Shown: in pieces, positions 1 through 13,660 of the stretch
Layout: every line of letters starts with the position of its first letter
Numbering within the stretch: position 1 is the first letter of the stretch
From: Haliotis rufescens
Taxonomy: Eukaryota
Reading direction: 5' to 3'
Assembly (NCBI RefSeq): GCF_023055435.1
Contig: NW_025963909.1
Location: 1 to 64,000, forward strand
Length of the DNA stretch: 64,000 nt
Program-made: the position numbers and the translations under genes
The notes under the pieces: generated by a model
What the model was told of the DNA's origin: nothing
The model's database searches: none
The model's input: only the letters and a program-made list of their open reading frames with translations

Positions 1-276
1 AAACAAGAGCGAAGTCCGGTCACGTAATATGCAAATTAGCCGGTGGCAGTGGTGTTATGCTGAGTCACCACTGCGCCGGAGTGTGTGTAGGCGTGTCAAG
101 TTATGTGCAGAAATTAAACGATCACCTGATTCATGTCACGCCACTCGTATGTATTCCTACACCTGGAATGTTTATCAATGTCGTCATTTTTGTCTGTTTT
201 GATATATGCAACCGTTTTGGGTTAAACTATTGTAAATAAACATGTTTTACGTAGTCGAATTTAATTATAAGCTTAA

Positions 277-1674
277 ATATTTCAATTTACATACGGCATT
301 GCCACTTACGCGTTCATTCATTCGGACGACTCCGACTTCAACTATTTACTTAGAGAATTCACAGACTACGGTGTTTTCCGGACTAAAGAGTATGACCGTG
401 ATGTTATTGCTACCAATCGTCGGTTAAATCTCCCAAAACGTTTCAACTAAACAAAAAGATAGGCAAAGGAAAAACGACGGCTGTCTGCGAGTGTTCCGTG
501 TGAACCCAAACCTACAAATCCATTGTTGGTTTTGCGATGCATGTGAAGAAATACAGATCCGATTTCAAAGGCTTTAAATAATGTTTTTTTTTATATATAT
601 AAAATATCAGTAAATAGGATCTATATCTTATTTTATGTTACAATTGTATAACTATTATTAAGAAACAAAGCAACAAAAATCCACTACGGATGCCACAGAA
701 ACATACGATCTGGTAAATTGCACAGGAAGTGTGAAAGAAAATCATCCAGACGCAAGCAATACAGTTTTAAAAGCTCACACAGAACATATCTCCAGATTAT
801 ATTATATCATACACTAAATACAGGGTAGATGTATCAGCAAATATTCATGGCCAGTGGCTGGTGTAAATGCTTTCCTATTAGCCAGTATAAACATGACAAT
901 ATTAATCTAGGGGTCATAATTATTCGCTACTGGTTTATAAAGCAAGTAGTTCCAACGAATTTAACTTACACATTAAACTGCGAGCGTTCTTAAATATATA
1001 TTTCCATGTGACCCAGAATGCGCTTCGCCAAAAATCCAATGTTGTTTGATAATGCCAGTTTGGGGCTAGCAGTGATAATAATATTTGCCGTACCGAGATA
1101 CAAGGGGCGTTTGTAATGTTTGTAATCGATACTTAACATTGCCCGGTGAATTTGAATAGTTCAGTATACAATTAATTGATCATTTTCTCCATGTCAGATT
1201 GAAGAGATATGATTTGTTCACGTAATATTGATCAAATACTTTATCGTACCTTAGATCAAAACACTAGATTCTGATTAGTTAAGGAGCGGGCAGATATCTT
1301 TCACGTGGCCAGCTCGTGTTGCCAGGTCCGTATACCGTGTAGAGAAGACAACCGTAACACACCTTAGCTAACTTGCATATCTGGCTTAAGTAACGTTGAG
1401 CTGAAATGTTTATACCTTACACCTGACAGACCTTATAAGTTGTCAGACTGCCTCCGTGGTCTAGGTTCGATCTCCGGCCGCGTCATACCGTTAAAAGACG
1501 TTAACAGACGGTACTTGTTGTTACCCTGTCTGGCGCTCGGCATTAAGAGGCTAAAACAAGGACTGGTCGGGGTCGGAGTCAGTATACTGTGTCTGAGTGG
1601 GGTATTCATGTCAAACTTCGGCATGGTATCTCAGTGAGCTAGCACTATAGCATCAGTTCGAAAGGAACAAGCAG

Positions 1675-1740
<66 letters not shown>

Positions 1741-1892
1741 GGGCATATACCGCTATAGGTGGTAAACGTCTTTTTCGAAAATGAATTTAACTATTTATTT
1801 CGATGTGAAGCTTTTCACCAACAGAGATCTAAAAGGCCTATCTATATCTATATCCTTAACAACGCAAGGCCGTAGTTAACCTTTTTTTGACA

Positions 1893-1923
<31 letters not shown>

Positions 1924-2697
1924 ACAAATAAGATTATTCATTTCTTATTCACAAGGGAAAATGTTTTCTATAAAAATCCAGAGGGGGCCCCAATTTTGAC
2001 TGAACAAGATGGTTTTTGTTATGTTTCAACCTGTTTGTACTCCAAATAATGATACTTTCGAAGTTAATGGGAAAAAAAATTGTCCCTGAAAATTCTTGAG
2101 AAAGTGCTTGAGACTGTTCAGGCTCAAAGTTTGAAATTAAAAAATATCTGGGTTTGTAGCTGTAGCTGACTAAAATATCTATTCGCTTGTGTTTCTCCTC
2201 CTGTCAGCCATTTTGTGTTAAAGCTAATGTTGGATTTAATGCGATATATTCTACTTCCCTAAGTTATTCTTGGTTAACTCAGGTTGAATTTAGTCAACCC
2301 TGGTTGCCAGAAAAGTGGAAACTTAGGTTGACTCAAGCTACTCAATGGTTAATAGTCAAACATAGGTAATAACACTGAGTCGCTCTTACCCTGCTGTGAC
2401 TGCGTCATACCACCTGGACACGTTGTACGCCGACTGAGAGACGACAATCTGCTACGGCTTTCCGAGAAACCGCCTGACAAAGCCTTACACAGAATACACG
2501 GGCGAAACGAAAGTAGGTTATTGTAATCGATGTTCCAGGAAACTACAATATGGAATGCTTACTATATACAATGCCGTCCGTTTATTGTTACATTGGCATA
2601 TAGGGAGCACGCTAGGGGGCACGTGCCAGTGTCAAGCCCGTAGGAACGAGGGGGTGATGGGGTGTGTGTGTGTGTGTTGTGTGTGTGTGTGTGTGTG

Positions 2698-2730
<33 letters not shown>

Positions 2731-3249
2731 AGGGCTTCCGGGGGAGTGAAAACTCGACTCGTACTCGAGTACCCGAAAATAGGACGTCCTTTAAGAATAT
2801 TGGTTCATTAGATCAAAATTGCCATCTAAAAGTATTAAAACATGTTATAGGTATAATTGAACTACACTGAAATGTAAATAGAGAGCGTCTACGGAACTTG
2901 TTTATCTGTCAAAGTGAATGGAAGTGTTCAGTGTTAATGTTTGCTTGTAACTGCACTAATCTTAATCACGACCTTCAAAAACATTACGCCACGTCTACAA
3001 AAACTACAATACATACTGAACACAAAACAAGTTGGTTTTTTCTGACGATCAGCGTTTCATTCGACACCTGCCAACAAGCACGAACAATAATTCGCAGGAA
3101 GAAAATCGATAATGTGCATCACGTGACATACACATATACACAGCTACTGGGCTGCAAGACTAAGGCCGCTTAACATGGAAATGTTGTACTATAAGTTCAT
3201 TCATTCATGAGTTGGTCACGTTTTCAAATTGTACCAAACTGTCGACCTG
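277..3249. repeat. Copy 1 of a ~3-kb direct segmental duplication
   Basis: Colinear and highly similar to 4004-7105, from tatttcaatttacat...gccacttacgcg to ...caaactgtcgacctg; both copies contain the same SINE, (CA)n and poly-G tracts. Confidence 0.9.
1447..1740 (+). mobile_element. tRNA-derived SINE, family A (internally deleted head), followed by (CA)n
   Basis: gcctccgtggtctag/ggttcgatctcc head and body ggtacttgttgttaccctgtctggcgctcggcattaag...gagtcagtatactgtgtctgagtggggt, shared with 5367, 26045, 51938 and 59020. Confidence 0.75.
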
Positions 3250-4003
3250 GTATGCGGGAAGAAAGTATGAAAGTTGTACTTTAACTATAAATGTGTAACC
3301 TTAACGCCGGAGAATAACCAGTCTCGATTATCCACCGAAACGCATTCCATCGGACGTGAAAGGCAAAATAACGGTAGAAATTATTATGAATGGATCGATG
3401 AAAAGAGTAAGCATGTCCGCCCTAACGGTAATACCCGCCACTCACACAATTTGCATAAAGGGGAGTGTTTGCTTCGTGACGCCGCATAGCAGCACGTATG
3501 CCATGCGGCGGTGGCCAGTAATCAAACCAGACAATCGAGCGATCGAAGGACCAGAAAATCAAGTTGCACGAAAGCGCTTTTATTGATTTTGTTGAAAATT
3601 AAATCGATATGCGTTATTAATCATGAAATACGTCTGGTGTGTAGAGATTATGTTGCTTATATAAGGACGGCCACCCGTTAAGCTATCGGCGCTACGATCT
3701 GGCATGTAACTGATACCCCCTGACACCTGGTGCTAACCTCCCTGTGCCGCTGCCGTTCCGCAGACATTCCCAACTAACTATTCTGCTTACCACGTAAACA
3801 ATAATACTTCATATCTGGAGTTTATTCCCACAGCCAAGTTCTCCCCATCTTCCACCAGCGACAATCTAATAAAAGGACTTCTCTTAGCTGATAAGGATAT
3901 TCTTTATCTTATCTCTCGTTAATTAAATCTCCATGTCAATTGGCTGCAAAACGTTCGCTTGACATGTGTGTCTTACGCGAAATACATGCTCCTATAAGCA
4001 CAT

Positions 4004-5594
4004 ATATTTCAATTTACATTCGGCATTGCCACTTACGCGTTCATTCATTTGGACGATTCCGACTTCGACCATTTACTTAGAGAATTCACAGACTACGGTG
4101 TTTTTCGGACTGAAGAGAATGACCGTGATGTTATTGCTACCAATCGTCGGTTAAATCTCCCAAAAACGTTTCAACTAAATAAAAAGACAGGAAAAGAAAA
4201 CACGACGGCTGTCTGCGAGTGCTCCGTGTGTACCCAAACCTACAAATCCATTGCTGGTTTTGCGAGGGCATATGAAGAAAACAGATCCGATATCAAAGGC
4301 TTTAAATAATGTTTTTTTTCTATATAAAATATCAGTAAATAGGATCTATATCTTATTTTATGTTACAATTGTATAACTATTATTAAGAAACAAAGCAACA
4401 AAAAATCCACTACGAATGCCACAGAAAAATACGATCTGGTAAATTGCACAGGAAGTGTAAAAGAAAATCATCCAGACGCAAGCAATAAAGTTTTAACAGC
4501 TCACACAGAATATATATCCAGATTATCTTTATATCATACACTAAATACAGGCTAGATGTATCGTCAAATATTCATGGCCAGTGGCTGCTGTAAATGCTTT
4601 CCTATATTAGCCAGTATAAACATGACAATATTAATCTAGGGGTCATAATTATTCGCTACTGGTTTATAAAGCAAGTAGTTCCAACGAATTTAACTTACAC
4701 ATTAAACTGCGAGCGTTCTTAAATATATATTTCCATGTGACCGAGAATGCGCTTCGCTAATAATCCAATGTTGTGTGATAATGCCAGTTTGGGGCTAGCA
4801 GTGATAATAATATTTGCCGTACCGAGATACAAGGGGCGTTTGTAATGTTTGTAATCGATACTTAACATTGCCCGGTGAATTTGAATAGTTCAGTATACAA
4901 TTAATTGATCATTTTCTCCATGTCAGATTGAAGAGATATGATTTGTTCACGTAATATTGATCAAATACTTTATCTTACCTTAGATCAAAACACTAGATTC
5001 TGATTGGTTAAGGCGCGGGCAGATATCTTTCATGTGGCCAGCTCGTGTTGCCAGGTCGTATACCGTGTTGAGAAAACAACCGTAACTCACCTTAGCTAAC
5101 TTGCATATCTGGCTTAAGTAACGTCGAGCTGAAATGTTTATCCGAATGCAATCAATTTGAGGGAAGGGAAGTAACTCTGTTAGTGTGTGTCGTCTGCTAG
5201 CTGTCAAACTGACTGAATCAAAGCGCTTTACTTACTAAGTGAATCTTCGGACATACAATCTGGGGTTTTATGAATGAATGTCGGTGAGATAATTTCGTTT
5301 TTAATATCTAGTACCATGGTTGTTGATGCTATACCTTTACACCTCACAGACCTTATAAGTTGTCAGAATACCTCCGTGGTCTAGGTTCGATCTCCGGCCG
5401 CGTCATACCGTTAAAAGACGTTAACAGACGGTACTTGTTGTTACCCTGTCTGGCGCTCGGCATTAAGAGGCTTAAACAAGAACTGGTCGGGTCGGAGTCA
5501 GTATACTGTGTCTGAGTGGGGTATTCATGTTAAACTTCGGCATGGTATCTCAGTGAGCTAGCACTATAGCATCATTTCGGAAAGGTACAAGCAG

Positions 5595-5630
<36 letters not shown>

Positions 5631-6528
5631 TGCATATACCGCTATAGGTGGTAAACGTCTTTTTCGAAAATGAATTTCACTATTTATTTCGATGTGAAGC
5701 CTTTCACCAACAGAGATCTAAAAGGCCTATATATCTATATTCCTTAACAACGCAAGGCCGTAGTTAACTGTTTTTGCGAATAAGATTATTCATTTCTTAT
5801 TCACAAGGGAAAATGTTTTCTATAATAATCCAGAGGGGGCCCCAATTTTGACTGAACAAGATGGTTTTGTTATGTTTCAACCTGTTTGTACTCCAAATAA
5901 TGATACTTTCGAAGTTAATCGGGAAAAAAAATTGTCCCTGAAAATTCTTGAGAAAGTGCTTGAGACTGTTCAGGCTCAAAGTTTGAAATTAAAAAATATC
6001 TGGGTTTGTAGCTGTAGCTGACAAAAATATCTAATCGCTCGTGTTTCTCCTCCTGGCAGCCATTTTGTGTTAAAGCTAATGTTGGATTGAATGCGATATA
6101 TTCTACTTCCCTAAGTTATTCAACTCAGGTTGAATTTAGTCAACCCTGGTTGCCAGAAATGTGGAAACTTAGGTTGACTCAAGCTACTCAATGGTTAATA
6201 GTCAAACATAGGTAATAACACTGAGTTGCTCTTACCCTGCTGTGACTGCTTCATACCACCTGCAAACGCTGTACGCCGACTGAGAGACGACAATCTGCTA
6301 CGGCTTTCCGAGAAACCGCCTGACAAAGCCTTACACAGAATACACGGGCGAAAAGAAAGTAGGTTTTTGTAATCGATGTTCCAGGAAACTACAATATGGA
6401 ATGCTTATTATATACAATGCCGTCCGTGTATTGTTACATTGGCATATAGGGAGCACGCTAGGGGGCACGTGCCAGTGTCAAGCCCGTAGGAACGAGGGGG
6501 TGATAGGGTGTGTGTGGGGTGTGTGTGT

Positions 6529-6559
<31 letters not shown>

Positions 6560-7105
6560 GGGGGGGGGTAGGGCTTCCACGAGTCCAAATTTTTGGACTC
6601 GAGTACCCGAGGGGTGAAACTCGAGTACCCGAAAATAGGACGTCCTTTAAGAATATTGGTTCGTTAGATCAAAATTGCCATCTAAAAGTATTAAAACATG
6701 TTATAGGTATACTTGAACTACACTGAAATGTAAATAGAGAGCGTCCACGGAACTTGTTTATCTGTCAAAGTGAATGGAAGTGTTCAGTGTTAATGTTTGC
6801 TTGTAACTGCACTGATCTTAATCACGACCTTCAAAAACATTACGCCACGTCTACAAAAACTACAATACATATTGAACACAAAACAAGTTGTTTTTTTCTG
6901 ACGATCAGCGTTTCATTCGACACCTGCCAACAAGCACGAACAATAATTCGCAGGAAGAAAATCGATAATGTGCATCACGTGACATACACATATACACAGC
7001 TACTGGGCTGCCAGACTAAGGCCGCTAAATATGGAAATGTAGTACTATAAGTTCATTCATTCATGAGTTGGTCACGTTTTCAAACTGTACCAAACTGTCG
7101 ACCTG
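4004..7105. repeat. Copy 2 of the ~3-kb direct segmental duplication
   Basis: Matches 277-3249; has an extra ~190 bp (~5142-5330) absent from copy 1. Confidence 0.9.
5367..5630 (+). mobile_element. SINE family A (duplicated copy)
   Basis: Near-identical to 1447-1740. Confidence 0.75.
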
Positions 7106-7224
7106 TCGCTTGTTTTGTGAGCACTGAAATAACACATATATGTCAGCTAATTAGTTGTTAATCTGTGTGAGGGAATACACTTGGCATTTGATGTCGGAGC
7201 AAAGAAGCAATAATCGCCTTGATG

Positions 7225-7541
7225 CAAATCAGCGTATTCACGTATTTAATAATTGATACAGAACACGTTTCGCTGTCCCCGTCCTTTGGTGACATTGTAG
7301 ACTAAACAACTCACATACTCATATGTACGGTGGCCCATACCCGCCACTGGTGAGATCATTTTCCCCTGTAAACCTCTGTATTTTATCTCACCAGTAAAAC
7401 ATAGAGGCATACAGTGAAAAGTGATCTCGCCAGTGGCGGGTATGGGCCACCGTACAAATGAGTATGTGAGTTGGTTAGTCGGGGACAGCGAAAGGTGTTC
7501 TGTAACAATATTATTATTAAATACGTGAATACGCTGATTTG
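7225..7541. repeat. ~315-bp imperfect palindrome (fold-back/MITE-like)
   Basis: caaatcagcgtattcacgtattta...gtacggtggcccatacccgccactgg is the reverse complement of ccagtggcgggtatgggccaccgtac...aaatacgtgaatacgctgatttg. Confidence 0.85.
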
Positions 7542-9257
7542 TCTATGTGGGGCTTAGCGCTCCCGACCACAACCCCATCACCCCCTCGTTCCCTCACCAG
7601 TGGCGGGTATGGGCCACCGTACATGTGTTAGTAGGTATACATGTCCTACTGCAATGCGAAGTATCTAGTTACATCTAACAAATAAAGTTACATAGTATTA
7701 TGCTGTATTTAACTAATATTCCGCACACATATGTGAGAAGATAGAACCACACACCTACATACACCACGTGAAACGCGTCTAATAAAGTCTTATGACGTCA
7801 TTCCTTTATCAATTGGCACCAATGACGTCATATTGCAAGGGGCATAAGCCATCGTGTGTTTATTATGGAAATAGAACTCTCTGTAAATGTGAAAAAATAT
7901 GAACCGATTTTATTAATAAAATACATTTGATACGTGTGATATTTTCATTGTTTTGCCTCCGAAACTACTAGGTAAATACTTTTCATGATGAAAAAGTACA
8001 AGAAAAATAGGTTTGCTAGTTCCGGTCACAAAATATATGCTTTACCTTTTACTGATTTTTGTATTAATAACATTACAACGTTTCTCAAGGTTACAGACTC
8101 CAAGGATTCATTACAGTGTATTTTAAGCACCTAAAATTGACAACTAACACCCTGATCGCAAAACTCCTAACGGTTTTTACTAAAAATAGATACGAAAACC
8201 TTTGTTGAACCCGAGATTTGAATGACTGACAAATACGTACTTTCTTGTGTTCTCATACATAAAACAGCAGTGAAAACATGATCTAACATGGCTTAATGTG
8301 AGTAGTATAGTCTCAGTCCGCAGAAACCTTTTTTTGGTTGAGGGAGGTTGAGTGAAAATAGGGAAGGTGATTGGCTGATCCAAGTCACGTGATCGGATAG
8401 GATGACTCATGGATCAACAGAACGTCACAGGTGTGGGGGAATGAAAGGTGTGTGTTTATAAGGCAGAAAAGAATTCGTAAGTAAACAAAAGCAAAGGGTA
8501 TTCAATAGAGCTATGTGTGTGGCGTGCTGCCCTGAATACACTCTAAATCTATGTGTTCTAATATAGAACACTGGACGCGTCCATACGTTCTGCCACAGAA
8601 TACGAATGTTCTAATTCGTGCAGCACGTGTTCTATTGCTGAACGCCTGTGATCTGATGTAGAACGCGTGTGTTCTCTCCTGGGAGAAGTCCATGCACATT
8701 AGCAGAGATAATGTGCTGAATGCTGTTAGACAAATTTAAATTCGACCATCATATTTGTGTTTTCGGAATATTTATTTTTGAGAAGAGAGGCTGGTAGATT
8801 GGTATGTCAAACAGAAAATGTGTATAAGAATGGTTATATTTTGAGTTTGATGAATAATAAATAGTTTATAAACATGGCATACTTTGTGTTAATAATAACT
8901 CATATGTAGCCTGAATAAATACAACAAGAAACATTACTGAAATACATCTCATTGCTAATACATGGAAATAACTTGCTTGCATTGGGGACATTTACGTGTA
9001 TCAGAACACTGGCATTCTGATGGCTAATTTGAGCTGGATCTTTAATGGGTGCTCTGGAACATATACGGTCTATTTGCTGAACGCCTGCGTTCTCTCCTAG
9101 AACGCGTGTGCTCTGCTGTGTTCTATAATGTTATATGCGAGAACACGTGTTCCATTAATAGAACAACGGTGTTCTGTTTTTCTAACAAGCATTCAAAGCT
9201 GTCCATGCTCTGTGATTCACATCCGTTATGTGAGAAACTGGCGTGACGTCGCATGTA

Positions 9258-10852
9258 TACTACCCATCAAAAGTTTAGACTCACTGAAACCACTCACTAT
9301 ATCTCGTAAGAAAATCGTATTTGTGAAATCTACCGATAAAAAATAACAAAATCATTCATTTAGGTCTTCATATCCTTGTTCACAAGGACGTGTGCATTGA
9401 TGATTAGTGAACCAGAATGCCGTATTGGCTAGTACCATACAAAAGTGAAATTGCAAAATTTAATAACGGGTATGACCACCCCTGGCTCTAACACAGACAT
9501 TGCATCGACGTTGCATACCACGAAAGAACAGTTCAATCTGCCGCTGGGGAATGTTTGCCACTCCTCAAACAATGCATTGCGAAGTTGGCGAAGGTTAGCA
9601 GGGGGAGGAACTCTGGCATAAACACGCCGTCCCAGCAGATCCCAAACATGCTCAGTGGGGTTCATATCGGGCGATAATGCTCGCTAATCCATTCCATTCA
9701 CCCCATTTTGTTGTAAACAAGCTGACACGATGCGAGCTCTGTGAGGCCTGGCATTATCATCTTTGAAAACCGCGTGACCTGGCATGGCCCTTAAGAATGG
9801 AAGCACAATAGGAATGATGATCTCGTCCCTGTATCTCTGGCCAGTCAGATTTCCATCCTGTACCAGTAAATCAGTTCTTCCAGTCAGGGTGATACCTCCC
9901 CAGACGATAACGGATCCACCTCCAAATCGATCATGCTCCACAACAGCAACGTCAGCGTACCGCTCTCCCTGACGTCTGTAGACTGGGATCCGACCATCGT
10001 TGAAATGCAGATTGAACCTTGATTCGTCGGAGAAGAGTACCCTTGCCCATCTGCGGGGACCCCAGCGTAAATGTCCATTTCCCCAATTCAGTCTGTTCTG
10101 ACGGTGGCGTGGTGTAAGAGGGGGTCTTACAGCAAGACGACGTGCCCGCAGTCCGTAGTGACGTAATCGGCGGCGTATTGTTGATACAGATACACGTCGT
10201 CCTGTAGCTTGTTGGAAAGCATTATTGGCTGCTGTGGCTGTAATGTGTCTGCCCCTGAGAAACAGCAAAAAGACGCATCGGTCATCTTGCTGTGATGTTA
10301 CCCTGGGCCTACCCGACCTGGGTCGATCCTGGACGGTGGTGGTCTGTTGAAAGCGTACCCAGAGGTTGGATACTGCCTATTGGGATACGCCAAGACGTCT
10401 TGCAACATACCGTTGTGATCTGCCATCTTGTAGCAGTGCCAAGGCTTGATGTCGTTCCTCAATACGGAGATTCTCCCTCTACCCATGCTTGCATCAAAGA
10501 AGAATTTCTCCACTAACTCAGAAGAGCCAACTGCAATCCTTATAAAGATGAATTGCACGAGTATCCCGCGTCAAATTGCTCCTAAAACACGTGCATTATC
10601 GTGCACGTGAACACCTGCGTTTTGGTGCGAATTTTGTTTAAAAATGTGCGACATTTCACAGAGTTTTATCAATTAATGAACGAAAAACTCTCATCTTTTC
10701 ACCGTTACAGATTTGGTTTTACGCCACATCAGTTCATGTGCTAACAGTACCTGTAAAAAGTTTAGAATATTTGGCATTATCTGGTTTGAAACAGTTGAGT
10801 ATAGTGAGTGGCTACATTTACACTGGTGAGTCTAAACTTTTGATGGGTAGTA
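9258..10852 (-). mobile_element. Tc1/mariner DNA transposon, full length (~1.6 kb), decayed
   Basis: TIRs tactacccatcaaaagtttagactcac / gtgagtctaaacttttgatgggtagta flanked by TA; internal transposase. Confidence 0.93.
9460..10486 (-). pseudogene. Tc1 transposase pseudogene (DDE)
   Basis: Paired-like N-terminus with RSGRPR, then FSDESRF, FKDDNARPH and SPDMNPTEHVWD; frameshifts and an in-frame stop. Confidence 0.9.
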
Positions 10853-13419
10853 TATTTGGCGCTACAATTTCCTATGATCTGAGGTGTGTCTGTGGTAAGT
10901 ATCCATCTAGGAATACTTTTGTTTCATATTTTATACGTACCTAAAATAATGTAATATTTCGGCGATATATTCATATGCTGATCGCAAGCGAAGTAAAACC
11001 GGCCCCTTACAAAACGCATAGGAGACGACATATTACTCGCCATTTTGACCGTCATTTCTGCCATTGTTCCACGCGCTTTATTTATAAATTATGAGATGAA
11101 ATTCCAATCCAAATTGCAAGTGTCACTATTTGAACGTTTCCGTTTATTTGAATGATGTTCAAATAAAATGAATATATATTTCAGGTTCTATATGAATCAC
11201 CTGAAAGTTCGAAGCAGGCTACATGCAACAAATCTCTGAACATCTAAATTTGGGATCCGAGGGCATGATCAGCAAGCATCGACAACGCATCGAAATCAGC
11301 AGAGAGTAGTGTAAGTATGTAATGAACAAAAAGAACTAAACCTTCACAGGACATGTTTTGGCTATTTTATGTGAAATATTTTAGAGAATCAGTCTTGTTG
11401 TTTCTATTTCAGGGTGCATTGCAGATAATCAGTACCATCCATGGAAATTATTGCACAGGGCACACGTCTACACAAAGGAGGAAAAGACACAAGGTTTTGC
11501 AGATCAAATAAGAAGGTACTTGTGTATATTTTGCCCTAACCTTTATCCAAGTAAGTGGTAACTTTGTTAGTCAAATGACATTTTTGGCAAAACATTTTGC
11601 AACCTGTAAATAATGAAACAAATGTCACGGTAATCTTGGGTTTACTAACGAACATTTGTTAGAATAATGTCTTATGTAATATGTACGAGTTTGATAACTT
11701 TATGACTATGATCAAATAAATGTTTTGTGTTGTAGGATGTTGGGGAGTCATTTTTGACATGAAGTTTCCTGAAGCCAGCGATGGTCATGTCGCTGTTACG
11801 AACATCGTCCTTTGGGGATATTTACCCACAAGAAACATCTGCGAAGTACATGCGCTTCGTGAAAGACTTGAAACTTAAGTTATCTTAAGTATGGAAGTAT
11901 GCTTCAATTTGCTACACGACAGTTTGTAATGTTTCATGAAGAACTCTGACTCATAAGTGACTTGAATATCCATGATCATCCCAAACAAATATAATAAAGA
12001 ATTCATGGTTGCAGTTCAGAATTTCGTCTGTGTGATTTTATGCTAGAGAATATGCATGGGTGTATGGTTTAAATTCTTACACCTTGAAAAACATCGGGTA
12101 AATTGTTTTCGACACACACGATGAGTTGTCGTTTCAGTAATGTGGAAGTACGTGTCCGAGAACGTGTAGTGTTCTGAATCTCGGTCCAGAACCAGTGCGA
12201 CCTTGTTTGATGAATGCAGGGTGTGTGTTGAAAGTACAACCATACCGCAATAGAGACGGGTTGTGTCAACATGATATACGCCGGGTAATGTAGGGGAGGG
12301 GGAAAAAATGTACGTTTAGCTGGATCAAATCCATCTTATACAGTCTACACGTTGTACACCATGAACGTTAGACAACCTGTATAGAAAAAAATATAGACAA
12401 AATAGATAAGACTACACAATCAGCAAGCTAGCAGTGTCGTTTAATTACATTTAGCGCGCAACAACGAGGTAGTCACGTCACCCTGCATTGACTATAACGC
12501 TGAAGGCAGCTGGATTTCGAATCACCCACGCTGCGTACTATTGTGAACCATTTGTAAAGAATTATTCAGCCCTGTCCCGACTTGCATAGTTGATGTTTCA
12601 ATGCTAGCTTTTCCATTTAACGCAATGACAAATAAGCCCTACGGTTTGAGTTTTAACCGTGTAACATGCTATTATGAAAATAGATTTTGTTGTTTACAAT
12701 ACTCACCCTTAATTCGACGAGAGAACAGAGTTTATCATGGAAAATTGATTGACAAGGAAAATGTTTTATTGGAAATATATGTCGAAGCAGTTTTATTCAT
12801 AGCTAATGTATAGCAGAGAGACTAAGTGACCGACCGCCCATAACAATGTCTACATACCCCGGCCTTACAATTAATGTCAACATACCAGCCTCGCCTGAAG
12901 CTTCCCATTCATAAATTGTGTGACCAGTGTCCCGTATTCATGATATGTTAGGGAAGATGTGTTGTACATTTGTTAATTTAAAAGGGAGTTATTTCAGAGA
13001 GGATATATATGGGTATTCCCCCTCATTAAACTTTTCTTTCGTTGGTGTCTATTAAACCTATCCGGTATTTAATACATTTGAATGATGTAAGAAAGTATGT
13101 GTGTGTAGATGTTGTACCTATATCCGAACACGAATGTATGACACCTTTCAATAGATCAATTACGGTTCTAACCACGACACGCAACATGACTATAAGCGTG
13201 GTTAGCAGTTCATATTTATAAACACATCGTAAATGACAGATTTCTGATGAATGAACTCGCCCGCACACATGTCTATAGGGTTATGTTCGCCCGAACTGTA
13301 AACAGTGACACATTGATAACAGGAAGGGTGTGTGGAATGCACTCGTCCTTGTAAGGGTAAAATACGCGTTTAAACTCACCATTTAAACGATGACATTACT
13401 TTTTAGATGTATTGGTATC

Positions 13420-13660
13420 AGTGAGTGAGTGAATTTAGTTTTACGCCACACTCGGCATTATTCCAGCTCTAGGACGGTGGTCTGTCAATAAACGAGCTTG
13501 GACCAGACAATCCAGTGATCAACAGCATGAGCAGCGATCTGTGCAACTAGGAACCGATGGCACGTGTCATCCGAGTCGGCGAGACTGACCAATGGATCCC
13601 CGTCAGTCGCCGATAAGCATGGCTTACTGAAGGTCCATTCTATAACCCGGACCTTCACGG
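13420..13660 (-). mobile_element. SINE-like repeat, family C
   Basis: ggaccagacaatccagtgat...gcatgg...gaag...ttcta core shared with 16228, 30790, 41102 and 44720; (gagt)n tail. Confidence 0.65.

Noticed and set aside
11180-11900. Exon-like segments with AG/GT boundaries
   Set aside because: Could not assemble a consistent reading frame or recognise a protein
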